Source: Nitrosopumilus sp. (GTDB lineage Archaea > Thermoproteota > Nitrososphaeria > Nitrososphaerales > Nitrosopumilaceae). From it: a stretch of DNA of 64,000 bases. Under the pieces are notes generated by a model, which made no database searches, was not told the DNA's origin, and worked only from the letters and a program-made list of their open reading frames with translations. The position numbers were made by a program, and so were the translations under genes. Positions 1 to 9,453 of the stretch are shown piece after piece (within the stretch, counting starts at the first letter, position 1; every line of letters begins with the position of its first letter). The DNA is taken from the NCBI GenBank assembly GCA_965204345.1, contig OZ241981.1, forward strand, positions 1,120,001 through 1,184,000. Reading direction: 5' to 3'.

Positions 1-1150
1 CACTTTGGAATACATGAACAGCGCAACTTGCACCTGTTGCACCAAAGTTATGAGTTAAACCAATTTTTGCATCTTTAACGGCTCTATCACCGGCATTTCC
101 AGTCAATTGATCAAATACTTCTACCACTTGCCCAACTCCTGTTGCTCCAATTGGATGTCCTTTTGATTTAAGACCACCTGATGGATTAATTGAAATGTCA
201 GAATTTAATTTTGTTCTACCTTCACGAACAGCCTGGATACCTTGTCCCTTATCAAAGAATCCTAAATCTTCAGTGTCAACTATTTCCGCAATTGTGAAAC
301 AATCATGGACTTCTGCAAAATCAATATCTTTTGCAGTAACTCCGGCCATTTTGTAGGCGTCTGCTGCAGCAAGTTTTGTACTAGGAATTGTTGTCATGTG
401 TTCACGTCCCTGTAATGCAGCTGGCGAACCACCCCTTCCTGATCCAATTACGTCAATGTAATCACCGCCATGTTCTTTGGCAAACTTTTCAGAACAAAGA
501 ATAACAGAACTTGCACCATCAGAGAACGGGCAGCAATCATAAAGTTTTAGCGGACTTGCAACAACTGGGGAATTCATCACATCATCAACTGTAATTTTCT
601 TTTGCATGTGCGCTTTAGGATTAAGATATCCATTGTCATGGTTTTTTACCGCAACACTTGCAAAATCTTCTTCGGTTGCATCAAACTCTGTCAAATATGC
701 CCTTGCCATCGATGCAAACAAACCGGGAAATGATGCTCCTGCTTGGCCTTCATAGAAAAAGTCAGAACAGTATGCAAAGTAGGTTGTCGTCCATTCAGTT
801 CCGGTATGAGTTACTTTTTCAACACCGGTTACAACCAGACAGTCATAGAATCCTGCCGCAACATTTGCATATGCTTCCCTAAAAGATACAGAACCGCTAC
901 CGCATGCGGATTCTATTGTCAATGATGGCTTGTCAGGAATTCCCAATCTGCTCATTAAAACAGGGCCGATATGGACCTGTTTGTCAGCTACTCCAAAAAC
1001 ATTTGAAATGTAAGATGCCTTGATCTCTTTTGGATCAATTCCTGCACTTTCTATGGCTGAAACTGACGCCTGAGTGGTAATATCAGCAATACTTTCGTTT
1101 AATTTTCCATATTTGGTGCTACCAGCACCAAGAACACAAACCTTTTCCAC
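1..1150 (-). CDS. Thiolase (acetyl-CoA acetyltransferase, archaeal/SCP2-type); last codons run off the window edge
   Basis: Not in the ORF track. Manual translation from GTG at 1150: MEKVCVLGAGSTKYG...ESACGSG (catalytic Cys)...LYDCCPFSDGAS...AEVHDCFT...NPSGGLKSKGHPIGATG...HVFQS. Confidence 0.93.
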   Translation of the reverse strand, partial: MEKVCVLGAGSTKYGKLNESIADITTQASVSAIESAGIDPKEIKASYISNVFGVADKQVHIGPVLMSRLGIPDKPSLTIESACGSGSVSFREAYANVAAGFYDCLVVTGVEKVTHTGTEWTTTYFAYCSDFFYEGQAGASFPGLFASMARAYLTEFDATEEDFASVAVKNHDNGYLNPKAHMQKKITVDDVMNSPVVASPLKLYDCCPFSDGASSVILCSEKFAKEHGGDYIDVIGSGRGGSPAALQGREHMTTIPSTKLAAADAYKMAGVTAKDIDFAEVHDCFTIAEIVDTEDLGFFDKGQGIQAVREGRTKLNSDISINPSGGLKSKGHPIGATGVGQVVEVFDQLTGNAGDRAVKDAKIGLTHNFGATGASCAVHVFQS

Positions 1151-1207
1151 AAATGTCACTGACCAATTTCCCTATAAAAATTGTTTTAGTAAATTCATCA
1201 CAGAAAG

Positions 1208-1678
1208 ATGCCAAGACGAAAATCAAGTGTAAAAACAATTCAGATTAAAAAACCGACAATGAGACATGTGGTTAAGACTACAAAATCAAGAACCAATATT
1301 TTCAAAAAGGAAATAATTCAGTATTTTGACAGTAATGGATTTCTCTCCTGGTCATCAAAAGATAAAAAATACATTATTCTTGGAACAAATTCTCCTAAAA
1401 ATGGCCTGGTTCCATGTCCTGAATGTAAATTAGGAGAATTGATGGTTATTAGGTCTAAAGTTACGAGAAAAAGATTCATGGGTTGTTCAAACTTTTATGG
1501 TGGATGTAAAGCATCATCTCCATTATTACAAAAAGCACGGATGAGGGCAACGAAAACGCCATGTGATGTATGCAAATGGCCAATGATAATTTTTCGTTAT
1601 TCACGAAATCAAAAATGGACTAAACAATGTGGGAATTTTAATTGTAAAAGTAGGAAGGCTAAAAAATCTTCAAAGTAG
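1208..1678 (+). CDS. Stand-alone topoisomerase IA-type C4 zinc-ribbon protein
   Basis: CPEC...RFMGCSNFYGGC and CDVC...CGNFNC zinc ribbons; basic; start could be the ATG at 1259. Confidence 0.75.
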   Translation: MPRRKSSVKTIQIKKPTMRHVVKTTKSRTNIFKKEIIQYFDSNGFLSWSSKDKKYIILGTNSPKNGLVPCPECKLGELMVIRSKVTRKRFMGCSNFYGGCKASSPLLQKARMRATKTPCDVCKWPMIIFRYSRNQKWTKQCGNFNCKSRKAKKSSK

Positions 1679-2468
1679 GATAAATATCAGTCCTTCTGCT
1701 TTTTAATAATGGCAAAATTTTACGTGTTTGCTTTACTTTGTTCAAATCAATGCTGACAAAGCTTATTCCTTGTTTCTTTTTCATGTCAAGTAAAATTTTT
1801 CCATACGGATCAATTACTAAACTTCTTCCACAATAAATATTCCCGACTTGATCTGGTGCAATAACATAACATCCATTTTCAATTGCACGTGTCTTGTTAA
1901 TTGCAATCCAATGTTCTTCCTTCATTTTTCCTTTGACCCAAGCAGAGGGAGCAACCAGAATTTCTGAGCCAGCAGCTGCAAGTGATCTTGACATTTCAGG
2001 AAATCTCAAATCATAGCAAATCATCATGCCGATTTTTCCAATAGATGTTTTTACAGGCTTGGAAATTTTTGATCCGGATATCATCTTATCAGACTCTCGA
2101 AATCCAAGTGCATCATAAAGATGGATTTTTCTATAGGTAGAAATTACTTTGCCAGATTTGTCAATTACAAAAGCAGTGTCATAAACACGATTATTTTTTC
2201 TGCTTTTCTCATAAAATGAGCCTATAACTTGGATTTTATTTTCTTTGGCAGTCTTTGCTATGGTACTAACAAAATTTCCATGGATTGTTTCGGCTAGACT
2301 TGCTAGTTGCTTTGGAGTTTGAGATGAATTTGTGTAAAACATCATAAATTCAGGAAAGGCACACAAGGTTGCGTTTTTAGAAGACGATTTTGAAATCAAT
2401 GAGATAATTTTTTTTAAATTGATCTCTTTCTTAGTTGATGCCTTGAATTGAATTACTGCAACTTTCAT
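1659..2468 (-). CDS. Nitrilase / carbon-nitrogen hydrolase family (Nit1-like amidase)
   Basis: FPE, YRKIHLYD and ICYDLRFPE give the E-K-C catalytic triad; RAIENG. Confidence 0.92.
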   Translation of the reverse strand: MKVAVIQFKASTKKEINLKKIISLISKSSSKNATLCAFPEFMMFYTNSSQTPKQLASLAETIHGNFVSTIAKTAKENKIQVIGSFYEKSRKNNRVYDTAFVIDKSGKVISTYRKIHLYDALGFRESDKMISGSKISKPVKTSIGKIGMMICYDLRFPEMSRSLAAAGSEILVAPSAWVKGKMKEEHWIAINKTRAIENGCYVIAPDQVGNIYCGRSLVIDPYGKILLDMKKKQGISFVSIDLNKVKQTRKILPLLKSRRTDIYPTLKIF

Positions 2469-2507
2469 AAAATCAATTGATCAGATGACAATAAAAGGAT
2501 AAACTAT

Positions 2508-2530
2508 TGGTACATCTGACAAATGTACCA
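2508..2530. promoter_or_regulatory. Inverted repeat about 40 bp upstream of the nitrilase gene (candidate operator)
   Basis: TGGTACAT-ctgacaa-ATGTACCA. Confidence 0.35.
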
Positions 2531-2594
2531 TTCTTCTTATTATGTAAATTCACTAAAAGAAATGTAAATCGATTCATAGTGTGTATGTTATTCC

Positions 2595-2620
2595 TTGACT
2601 GGAAGATATCTTCCAGTCAA
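2595..2620. repeat. Perfect 26-bp palindrome
   Basis: TTGACTGGAAGAT|ATCTTCCAGTCAA with no spacer; function unknown. Confidence 0.9.
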
Positions 2621-2636
2621 ATATTTTTAAAAATAA

Positions 2637-2813
2637 TTAAAGATGGTTTCCTGCTAGAAACCAATTTTCTTTAGGATTGTCTTCAAAAACAACAATAACA
2701 TGACTTTCTTTTGTTTTTAGAATTTTGACTGCTGATTTTGTGATTGCTTTTGCATACTCATCTTTTTGTTCCTGAGTCCTACCAGGATACATTGATACTG
2801 TAATCAAAGGCAT
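2637..2813 (-). CDS. 4-oxalocrotonate tautomerase family protein (58 aa)
   Basis: Not in the track. MPLITVSMYPGRTQEQKDEYAKAITKSAVKILKTKESHVIVVFEDNPKENWFLAGNHL has Pro1 and GRTxEQK. Confidence 0.9.
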   Translation of the reverse strand: MPLITVSMYPGRTQEQKDEYAKAITKSAVKILKTKESHVIVVFEDNPKENWFLAGNHL

Positions 2814-2846
2814 GTAAATTTCAAATAAAATCAGTGATTTATGTTT

Positions 2847-3614
2847 TCAATAATCGGATCTGTAGCCATACCTTGTTCCATATGTAAAATCAGAACTATG
2901 CATTTTTTTATAGATATACCCTGTTCCCAAGCCAACTACAAATCCGCCAATGTGTGCCAAATATGCTACGCCGCCTCCTGCAATACCAAATCCCCCAATA
3001 AAAAACGGAAGTAAATTTTGAAAAATCAGCCAGAATGGCAAGAACCAGCGTGCTTGAATATGCATCATTCTCCAAAAGAATCCCATCATTAGAAATGTCT
3101 GAATCCGTGCTCGCGGGAAGATTACAAGATATGCACCCAAGATGCCAGAAATTGCACCGGATGCTCCAACTGCAGGAGTTATACTGTTAATGTCACCAAG
3201 TATGTGAATTAATCCTGCGGCTATTCCCCACATTAAATAAATGCCAAGATATTTAATTTTTCCAAATTTTTGTTCGATATTATCACCAAATATCCACAAA
3301 AACAAAAGATTGCCACCAAGATGAACCAATCCACCATGCATGAAAGTTGATGTCAATAATGTAATTTCCGAAAATGCAGGGCATTGTTGAATGCCATTGC
3401 CAGTATCAATTCCACTAAATTCCCCAGTAATGCAGATAGGTACTGCACCCCAGTTGTAAAACATTACAAATGCGTTTTGATTTGAAAAATCAAAAAATTG
3501 TCCTGTATATGCAACTTCCATAAAAAATACAATTACATTTACAATGATTAACGCATAAGTCACCTTTGGTTTGAATCCTGGTGGATGTGGGTTTTCATCT
3601 CTTAATGGAAACAT
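2847..3614 (-). CDS. Rhomboid family intramembrane serine protease
   Basis: FMHGGLVHLGGN, GASGA (catalytic Ser), AHIGG (catalytic His). Confidence 0.95.
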   Translation of the reverse strand: MFPLRDENPHPPGFKPKVTYALIIVNVIVFFMEVAYTGQFFDFSNQNAFVMFYNWGAVPICITGEFSGIDTGNGIQQCPAFSEITLLTSTFMHGGLVHLGGNLLFLWIFGDNIEQKFGKIKYLGIYLMWGIAAGLIHILGDINSITPAVGASGAISGILGAYLVIFPRARIQTFLMMGFFWRMMHIQARWFLPFWLIFQNLLPFFIGGFGIAGGGVAYLAHIGGFVVGLGTGYIYKKMHSSDFTYGTRYGYRSDY

Positions 3615-3660
3615 CAGATATTTACATTCAGAAAAAATCGTATAATAAGATTATTCAATT

Positions 3661-4953
3661 TTAAATTCTAATTATTCCTTTAGATACCATCCATTCAATT
3701 CCCTGCAGAAAATCATCATCGGTAATTTTTTCATCATACCATAACTGTGAATAAATTTTTACCCAAGAAGGAATAAACTGTTCTGATTCGGCAATTTTAT
3801 CTCTATTAGAAACAGATGCAATTTGTTTTTCAAATAAAAAATCTATTCCTTTAAGAAATTCAGAATCAGAAATTTGGTTTGAATTCCACCATTCTACGTT
3901 AGTTTTGAACCATTGTGGAATTTTGGGCAAATCTGGAGGTAATCCCTTATCAAATCCAGAAATCTTCAAGACATTTTGAGATACTGGATCAACTTTAAAC
4001 GCAACGTGCCAAAAACCCATTTCATCTATGCTTTGAATAAATTCTATGGGCTCATCATCAAGGGTAACTGTAAATTTTTCATTTCCTGAAATTGGAGGAA
4101 ATTCAAAATTTGCATATGTCTCTAATGGATAACTGTTGTATCCTTTTACACTTAGAGTAGTTCCTTGCTCATTAAACTGTGCATCAGAATACCAGGCTCC
4201 TGAATCATATCTAAAATCAAAAGTACCTCCATTTTTCTTTACAGTGATTGGAATTACTGTTGTGTCTACTGGTGCAAAACAGCTATAGTAAAAAACTTCA
4301 TCTGTGATTGAGGGATCCGGATACATTGTAAAGTCTAGAATTTCGTTTGGTTCAATTTTTTCAATAAATTCCATGTTTTGACCAATATCTAAAACTTGCT
4401 CATATCCATGTATCACGGCAAATATTTTTGGATTATAGATTGTTTTTTCTCCTACATTTTGAATTCTCCCTGAAAGGTGGCCATCATCGTATTGTATCAG
4501 AGTTTCATCATAAAGGACTACGATTGGAATTACATTCTGATGGGTTTTTTTAAATGACAATTCTACAGGAGTTAAAATAGGAAATTGGCTTGACACGTCA
4601 GGAAACTTGATTTTAAAAGGAATTTCAGCCTCAGAAGCTAATGGCACATGAATAAATGTTTTAGAAGTTATTTTAGAATCATGTAATACTGAAACTGAGA
4701 TAGTGGGTATTACTGCATAGTCAAGATCATTTTTTACATTTCCTACTACCGTGTAAATTCCATTTGAGTCAAAATATCCAACATATTCATCAGTTGGAAC
4801 AAAAACTTCTGCAAAAGAACTTTGAGATGTTAATATAAATAAAATTAAAAATCCTAATAATAACAATAAATGATAGGAATTTTTAGATGGAATTGAAAAT
4901 ATCCTCGAATCCTGATATTGGTTTTTCAAGTAAGCTTGGCCTATAGTCTTCAA
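3661..4953 (-). CDS. Exported surface protein with two degenerate IPxW...WW C-terminal repeats
   Basis: Signal peptide ending SSFA, so the true start is probably the TTG near 4866; VVGNVKN/GRIQN Ig-like modules; C-terminal IPQWFKTNVEWW and IPSWVK repeats. Confidence 0.7.
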   Translation of the reverse strand: MKTIGQAYLKNQYQDSRIFSIPSKNSYHLLLLLGFLILFILTSQSSFAEVFVPTDEYVGYFDSNGIYTVVGNVKNDLDYAVIPTISVSVLHDSKITSKTFIHVPLASEAEIPFKIKFPDVSSQFPILTPVELSFKKTHQNVIPIVVLYDETLIQYDDGHLSGRIQNVGEKTIYNPKIFAVIHGYEQVLDIGQNMEFIEKIEPNEILDFTMYPDPSITDEVFYYSCFAPVDTTVIPITVKKNGGTFDFRYDSGAWYSDAQFNEQGTTLSVKGYNSYPLETYANFEFPPISGNEKFTVTLDDEPIEFIQSIDEMGFWHVAFKVDPVSQNVLKISGFDKGLPPDLPKIPQWFKTNVEWWNSNQISDSEFLKGIDFLFEKQIASVSNRDKIAESEQFIPSWVKIYSQLWYDEKITDDDFLQGIEWMVSKGIIRI

Positions 4954-5383
4954 TCAATCTATCTACAAGATCACGCACTTTAATATGATATCTTTTTTTG
5001 AGTTCGTTAAATCTTACTTCAACCAATCCGTCTTCCACGATTTGTGACATATAAAATGAAACAGTAGAAGGTGATTTTTTAACCTCTTTTACTAGTTGGG
5101 AGAATTCTAAACCGTCTTCTTTGATTAATGCAAGTAACAGGTCTCTGGGAGTTTGTTTACGCAAGGCTTTGATAACTATAGACTCCTTTTCAGTTATCTG
5201 TGGAGAATAAAACCTTACTTGACGCGGACCACGAATTACTTTAATGATTCCATTTTTTTCTAATTTTCCTAAATAATGGCTTAGAACTCCGTTTTTTAAT
5301 CCAGATGAACGCATTATTTCTCGAAATTGAATTCCAGGATTTTGTTCGATGATTTGTTGTAATTGTGAGTCCCTATCAGTCAT
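4883..5383 (-). CDS. Tandem winged helix-turn-helix transcriptional regulator
   Basis: NPGIQFREIMRSSGLKNGVLSHYLGKLEKNG and a second HTH, FSQLVKEVKKSPSTVSFYM. Confidence 0.85.
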   Translation of the reverse strand: MTDRDSQLQQIIEQNPGIQFREIMRSSGLKNGVLSHYLGKLEKNGIIKVIRGPRQVRFYSPQITEKESIVIKALRKQTPRDLLLALIKEDGLEFSQLVKEVKKSPSTVSFYMSQIVEDGLVEVRFNELKKRYHIKVRDLVDRLIEDYRPSLLEKPISGFEDIFNSI

Positions 5384-5768
5384 TTCTAAACACTCCTAAT
5401 GCCAATAATCCCAATGTAATAAATGTCAACAGATGACCCACTTCAGGAAGAGTCATCTCACCCAGGTCATAGATAGAAGGCCATGTTGCATCAACAAGTA
5501 ACACAATTTCAGCCACGATAAAAGTTGTAAATGCAATTGCACTAAGTAAAAGTCGCTTTGTTCTTAACCTGAAATATGCAAAACTTGCAAGTACTGATAT
5601 GAAAACTGCAAGTGTAATTCCTCCTACATGTAAGAAGATATGTACTAAATGATATCCATGTAGCAAATGTGGAATAATTATCGGTAATGCCAAAATTGCA
5701 ACAACACCGGTTACCACAACTGAAAATAAAGCTGATTTTCGCTCAACTATTCTTTCTGGTCTAAACAA
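5376..5768 (-). CDS. Small His-rich membrane protein (about 4 TM), overlapping the wHTH gene
   Basis: Four hydrophobic segments; HLLHGYHLVHIFLH; 8-bp overlap with the regulator. Confidence 0.75.
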   Translation of the reverse strand: MFRPERIVERKSALFSVVVTGVVAILALPIIIPHLLHGYHLVHIFLHVGGITLAVFISVLASFAYFRLRTKRLLLSAIAFTTFIVAEIVLLVDATWPSIYDLGEMTLPEVGHLLTFITLGLLALGVFRND

Positions 5769-5831
5769 AGTATTGAAACTGAGTAAATTTCCAATTTAAA
5801 GCGACTGGTTCATTGATCGAACAAATGCCGA

Positions 5832-7391
5832 TCAGAGATGTAAAATTCCATTTTTAATTAAAAATTCCAAAGCCTGAACAAATGTCTTATCATCTATTTG
5901 TCCTGCTGCCCACCATTGTGCATTATTTCTAATCCACTCAGGAATTTCTTTAGATTCTGAAGTCTCTTGTTGAGTTTGAGTAATCACGATTATGTTATTT
6001 TTAATTAAATATTCAATACCTTGAACAAACGTATTATCATCTATTTGTTCTTGAGACCACCACAATGCATTATTTCTAATCCATTCAGGAATTACAATGT
6101 CTTCATTTTCAACTGAGGCTCTATCTATTACAATAGGAAGTGTGGATGTTGCAAGATTATTGTTATCCAAGTTTTTAAAATTTAGCTCAACAATGCCTGA
6201 AATATTTTCAGGTATTAGAAATTCTACAACATTGTGTTCGTCTTTTAAATCAGTGCTAATGCCATTTTGTTCAAAAATAATTTTCTCATTTTGAGTCATT
6301 GAAAATTCATAATATGTTGCAACAGGCTTATTTTTTAAAAAAATATCAGTAATATCAAACAGTATTTTTGCATTTGCATTGGATTGTAAATTTTCAGGCT
6401 CCCAGGAAGCTAAAATTTGAAATTGCCCATTATCAGTTACAGAACTCAAATGAGTGTAATCACGATCTGGTTTAATAACAAAATTCATGCCTTTTTGGTT
6501 TGAATTATTATCAAAAATATTTTGTAACTCTTTTTGATATATTATAAAATGAACAACTCTCTCATCGGCAAAAAAATCATCAATATTTACAATGTCTTCA
6601 GATAATTTTATTCCATTGACATACATTGTAAAACCAGATACGAGTAAGTCGCCAAATTTCTTTGGAATTACAAGCTCTTCATGAACGACTGAAGTTTGAT
6701 CTATGTTTGATTGAGTCCAATCAAAAGGCATGAAAAAACTAATCTCTTTTGAATTGGAATCATACTTAAAATTTGAAATTTCATCATAGTAGGTTATAAC
6801 ATGAATATTTTGTTTGCCAAAGTTTGGATCAATAAAATCATGCTTGGATGTTTGAGCAATAGAAATACCAGCGTTGAAAACCAAAGGAATGTCCAATGTT
6901 TTAGAATACCCATCAGCTGCTAACACGCTAACATCTAACTTGTATAACCCGCCTTCACTAAGTTTAGGCCCTTTAACATGAACCATTCTGCTCTCAAATC
7001 CCAATAAAGAACTGAAAATATCAGTACTATTTTCTTCTTCTACAATTATAGAATCAGTCTCTTCAGATACAAAATTAAAAACTATGAATCCATTATCAGC
7101 CTTAAACTCTTGTTTGAATAGAAATTGTTCGCCTCTTTCTGATTTGATTAAAAATATAACATCACGTAAAGTAATTTGGGAATCAAAATCAATTAATGAA
7201 ATTGAGATTTGTTGATCATCGCTGGTATCAGGATCGCTTTTAGATGATGAAACTTCTAATGTTACAAGTTTTCCATCAAAAGTTACAGGAGGAAAGGTCT
7301 CACTCCCTACACCGTGACCATATGCATTATCAAATCCAACTAGTAACATACAAGAAAATATTAAAAGTGAATATAATGATAAATTTTTCAA
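5832..7391 (-). CDS. Exported His-Gly N-terminal surface protein, paralog 1, with two IPEWIRNNAxWW repeats
   Basis: Likely TTG start at 7391 (the track start 7484 overlaps the upstream ORF); signal ...DNAYG|HGVGSE; TYYD, MPFDW, VVHEE, VHF motifs. Confidence 0.8.
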   Translation of the reverse strand: MKNLSLYSLLIFSCMLLVGFDNAYGHGVGSETFPPVTFDGKLVTLEVSSSKSDPDTSDDQQISISLIDFDSQITLRDVIFLIKSERGEQFLFKQEFKADNGFIVFNFVSEETDSIIVEEENSTDIFSSLLGFESRMVHVKGPKLSEGGLYKLDVSVLAADGYSKTLDIPLVFNAGISIAQTSKHDFIDPNFGKQNIHVITYYDEISNFKYDSNSKEISFFMPFDWTQSNIDQTSVVHEELVIPKKFGDLLVSGFTMYVNGIKLSEDIVNIDDFFADERVVHFIIYQKELQNIFDNNSNQKGMNFVIKPDRDYTHLSSVTDNGQFQILASWEPENLQSNANAKILFDITDIFLKNKPVATYYEFSMTQNEKIIFEQNGISTDLKDEHNVVEFLIPENISGIVELNFKNLDNNNLATSTLPIVIDRASVENEDIVIPEWIRNNALWWSQEQIDDNTFVQGIEYLIKNNIIVITQTQQETSESKEIPEWIRNNAQWWAAGQIDDKTFVQALEFLIKNGILHL

Positions 7392-7392
7392 T

Positions 7393-7599
7393 CTATGTCC
7401 ACTTGCGAGGATCTTTTTTTTGAATTTCTTTTCCATCAATTGTAATGTGATCTTTTTCTTCAAAAACTGTATGCCATTTACCATTACTAGGAAAAATCTT
7501 GTTCATTTTTTCAACTTGATCATTAGTTGGTGCTTTATTCATTAAAGCTCCCCATCTCATATTTGGTATCTTTGGCATTATGTCATTGATGTCTTTCAT
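7393..7599 (-). CDS. Small hypothetical protein (68 aa)
   Basis: Fills the gap between two paralogs on the same strand, stop 1 nt before the next start. Confidence 0.7.
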   Translation of the reverse strand: MKDINDIMPKIPNMRWGALMNKAPTNDQVEKMNKIFPSNGKWHTVFEEKDHITIDGKEIQKKDPRKWT

Positions 7600-7632
7600 T
7601 ATGATATCACTTTACAGAATTTGTTTAAAAAC

Positions 7633-9342
7633 CTATGATTGTACTCTCAGAATTCCTTTTTGAATCAAATATTGGATTCCCTGGACAAAAGAATCATCAT
7701 CAATTTGTCCTGCTGCCCACCATTCTGCGTTATTTTTAATCCAAGATGGAATATCATTTGAACCAGAACTAGTACCTGGAGTAGTTGAAGGAATCTTTAG
7801 AATATCGTTTTGAATCAAATATTGGATTCCCTGGACAAAAGAATCATCATCAATTTGTCCTGCTGCCCACCATTCTGCGTTATTTTTAATCCAAGATGGA
7901 ATGGCTGTTTTTTCAGGCACTAAAGGTGTTGTAGTTGTAGAACCGGGGCCAATTTCAATGATGGTAGAGCCAATTCCAGAATAGGTTGGATCATAGTCTA
8001 ATCCAGTGCCATAAACTAGAACATCTATACGAATTTGGCCTGCAGATGGAATATAGATTTCTTGAATATCCAATCCTTCAATTGACGCAATTCCTGGATT
8101 TGCAGAATCAACATCATCATTACGTGCTAGCTCATTATGAAATTCATCAAAAACAATATAAGCATATTTTATATCCTTGATTAGTTCCATATCATCATTA
8201 AAGAAAGCAAACTCAAATGGAATTTCTTGATTGGCACCATATTTTCCATCCCATGAAATGTTTACAGTTGTTGGAACTTGTTTTTCAAAGTTTGTAGTGT
8301 CTACTAGATAAAATTCAGTAGAACTTTTTGTTACTTCATCTAAGGGTACTAATTTTAAATTCATATTTTTATTATCATAATTATCAGGACCTAAAGTTTC
8401 ATTGATTTTTTCCAAGTCGCTTTTAGATACAAGAAAATGAATGACATTAGTATCGTCATAAGAATATGGATCATTTAACAAAGCCTTTTGACCAACTTCT
8501 ACACCATTGACATAACCTTTGAATTGTTTTCCTTCAGCATATGGTACAAAGGATTTTGGAACCCTCACTTCTTCGTGAACAACTTGAACCAGACTTACAT
8601 AATCAGGACTCCAATCAAAAGCCATATCAAAATTGATTGAGTTATCAGATGTGTCAAATTCAAAGTTTTCAACATCGTCATAATATGTTTTGACAACTAT
8701 GGGAACCTCTGCATTTGCTGTCTGAATGAAAAAGTCTTGTTCTTGAGCAACGCTAACAAAGGTATCATATGTTAATCTATCAGCAAGAACAGTTTTTGGA
8801 CTGGTTGCCGCTTCAATATCGATTTTAATGTTATACAATCCACCTTTATCAAAAATTGGGCCTGTGATTGTCGGTCTTGCACAAATATCCAAATTTTCAT
8901 CAGTACATGATTGACCCTGAACAAATAATGCACCAGGTGCACTCACATGCTCAGAACCGCCATAAGTTGTACATTTCCAAAGTTCAGACTCATCACAATC
9001 AAGTTCTGGACGAATTTCTACATCTAAACGTCCATCTAGATCATAAAAGAGATTTCTTGCAAGCAGATCTCCACTTCGCCAAACCTCAACTCTGTATGTG
9101 ACTTTTTCTAAACTAATATCAGTCAAAGTATCAAAAAATCTAATTTTCATATTAATATCATCAATGTCTCCAATGGTAATATCAGATGGATCTAAATCGG
9201 TACGAACTGTTACCTCCATATCACCAAAACTAATGGGTTCGGCTTGGTCTCCTCCAAGTCCATGTGCAAATGCATTTGGAAGAATTGCAGGAATGGTAAA
9301 AATACCAGCAATTACAATTAGCAATGCAAACTTGTTATTCAA
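7633..9342 (-). CDS. Exported His-Gly N-terminal surface protein, paralog 2, with two [12 protein letters not shown] repeats
   Basis: Signal ...PNAFA|HGLGGD; GGLY, TYYD, MAFDW, VVHEE, IHF motifs; four Cys. Confidence 0.85.
   Translation of the reverse strand: MNNKFALLIVIAGIFTIPAILPNAFAHGLGGDQAEPISFGDMEVTVRTDLDPSDITIGDIDDINMKIRFFDTLTDISLEKVTYRVEVWRSGDLLARNLFYDLDGRLDVEIRPELDCDESELWKCTTYGGSEHVSAPGALFVQGQSCTDENLDICARPTITGPIFDKGGLYNIKIDIEAATSPKTVLADRLTYDTFVSVAQEQDFFIQTANAEVPIVVKTYYDDVENFEFDTSDNSINFDMAFDWSPDYVSLVQVVHEEVRVPKSFVPYAEGKQFKGYVNGVEVGQKALLNDPYSYDDTNVIHFLVSKSDLEKINETLGPDNYDNKNMNLKLVPLDEVTKSSTEFYLVDTTNFEKQVPTTVNISWDGKYGANQEIPFEFAFFNDDMELIKDIKYAYIVFDEFHNELARNDDVDSANPGIASIEGLDIQEIYIPSAGQIRIDVLVYGTGLDYDPTYSGIGSTIIEIGPGSTTTTPLVPEKTAIPSWIKNNAEWWAAGQIDDDSFVQGIQYLIQNDILKIPSTTPGTSSGSNDIPSWIKNNAEWWAAGQIDDDSFVQGIQYLIQKGILRVQS
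7658..7902. repeat. Exact 95-bp direct repeat, period 150 (7658-7752 = 7808-7902)
   Basis: Base-for-base identical copies encoding [31 protein letters not shown]. Confidence 0.95.
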
Positions 9343-9357
9343 TACAAAAGTTGTATT
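9341..9357. promoter_or_regulatory. Inverted repeat at the start of paralog 2 in a divergent intergenic region
   Basis: AATACAA-aag-TTGTATT. Confidence 0.3.
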
Positions 9358-9453
9358 AATTCCATATTTAAAGATGGTATTGTATTTCTATGCGTGATAA
9401 TTTTTTTAGGAATAGAGAGTACAATTTTTATTTATGAATTTTAGAATTGGAAT

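Noticed and set aside
658-925. Two short + strand ORFs
   Set aside because: They are antisense to the thiolase gene.
7392-7484. N-terminal extension of the 550-aa ORF (similar extensions at 4870-4953 and 11910-12041)
   Set aside because: They overlap neighbouring genes and precede clear signal peptides, so downstream starts are more plausible.
7658-7902. Diversity-generating retroelement TR/VR pair
   Set aside because: The copies are identical with no adenine-specific mismatches, both are in-frame protein repeats, and no reverse transcriptase is present.
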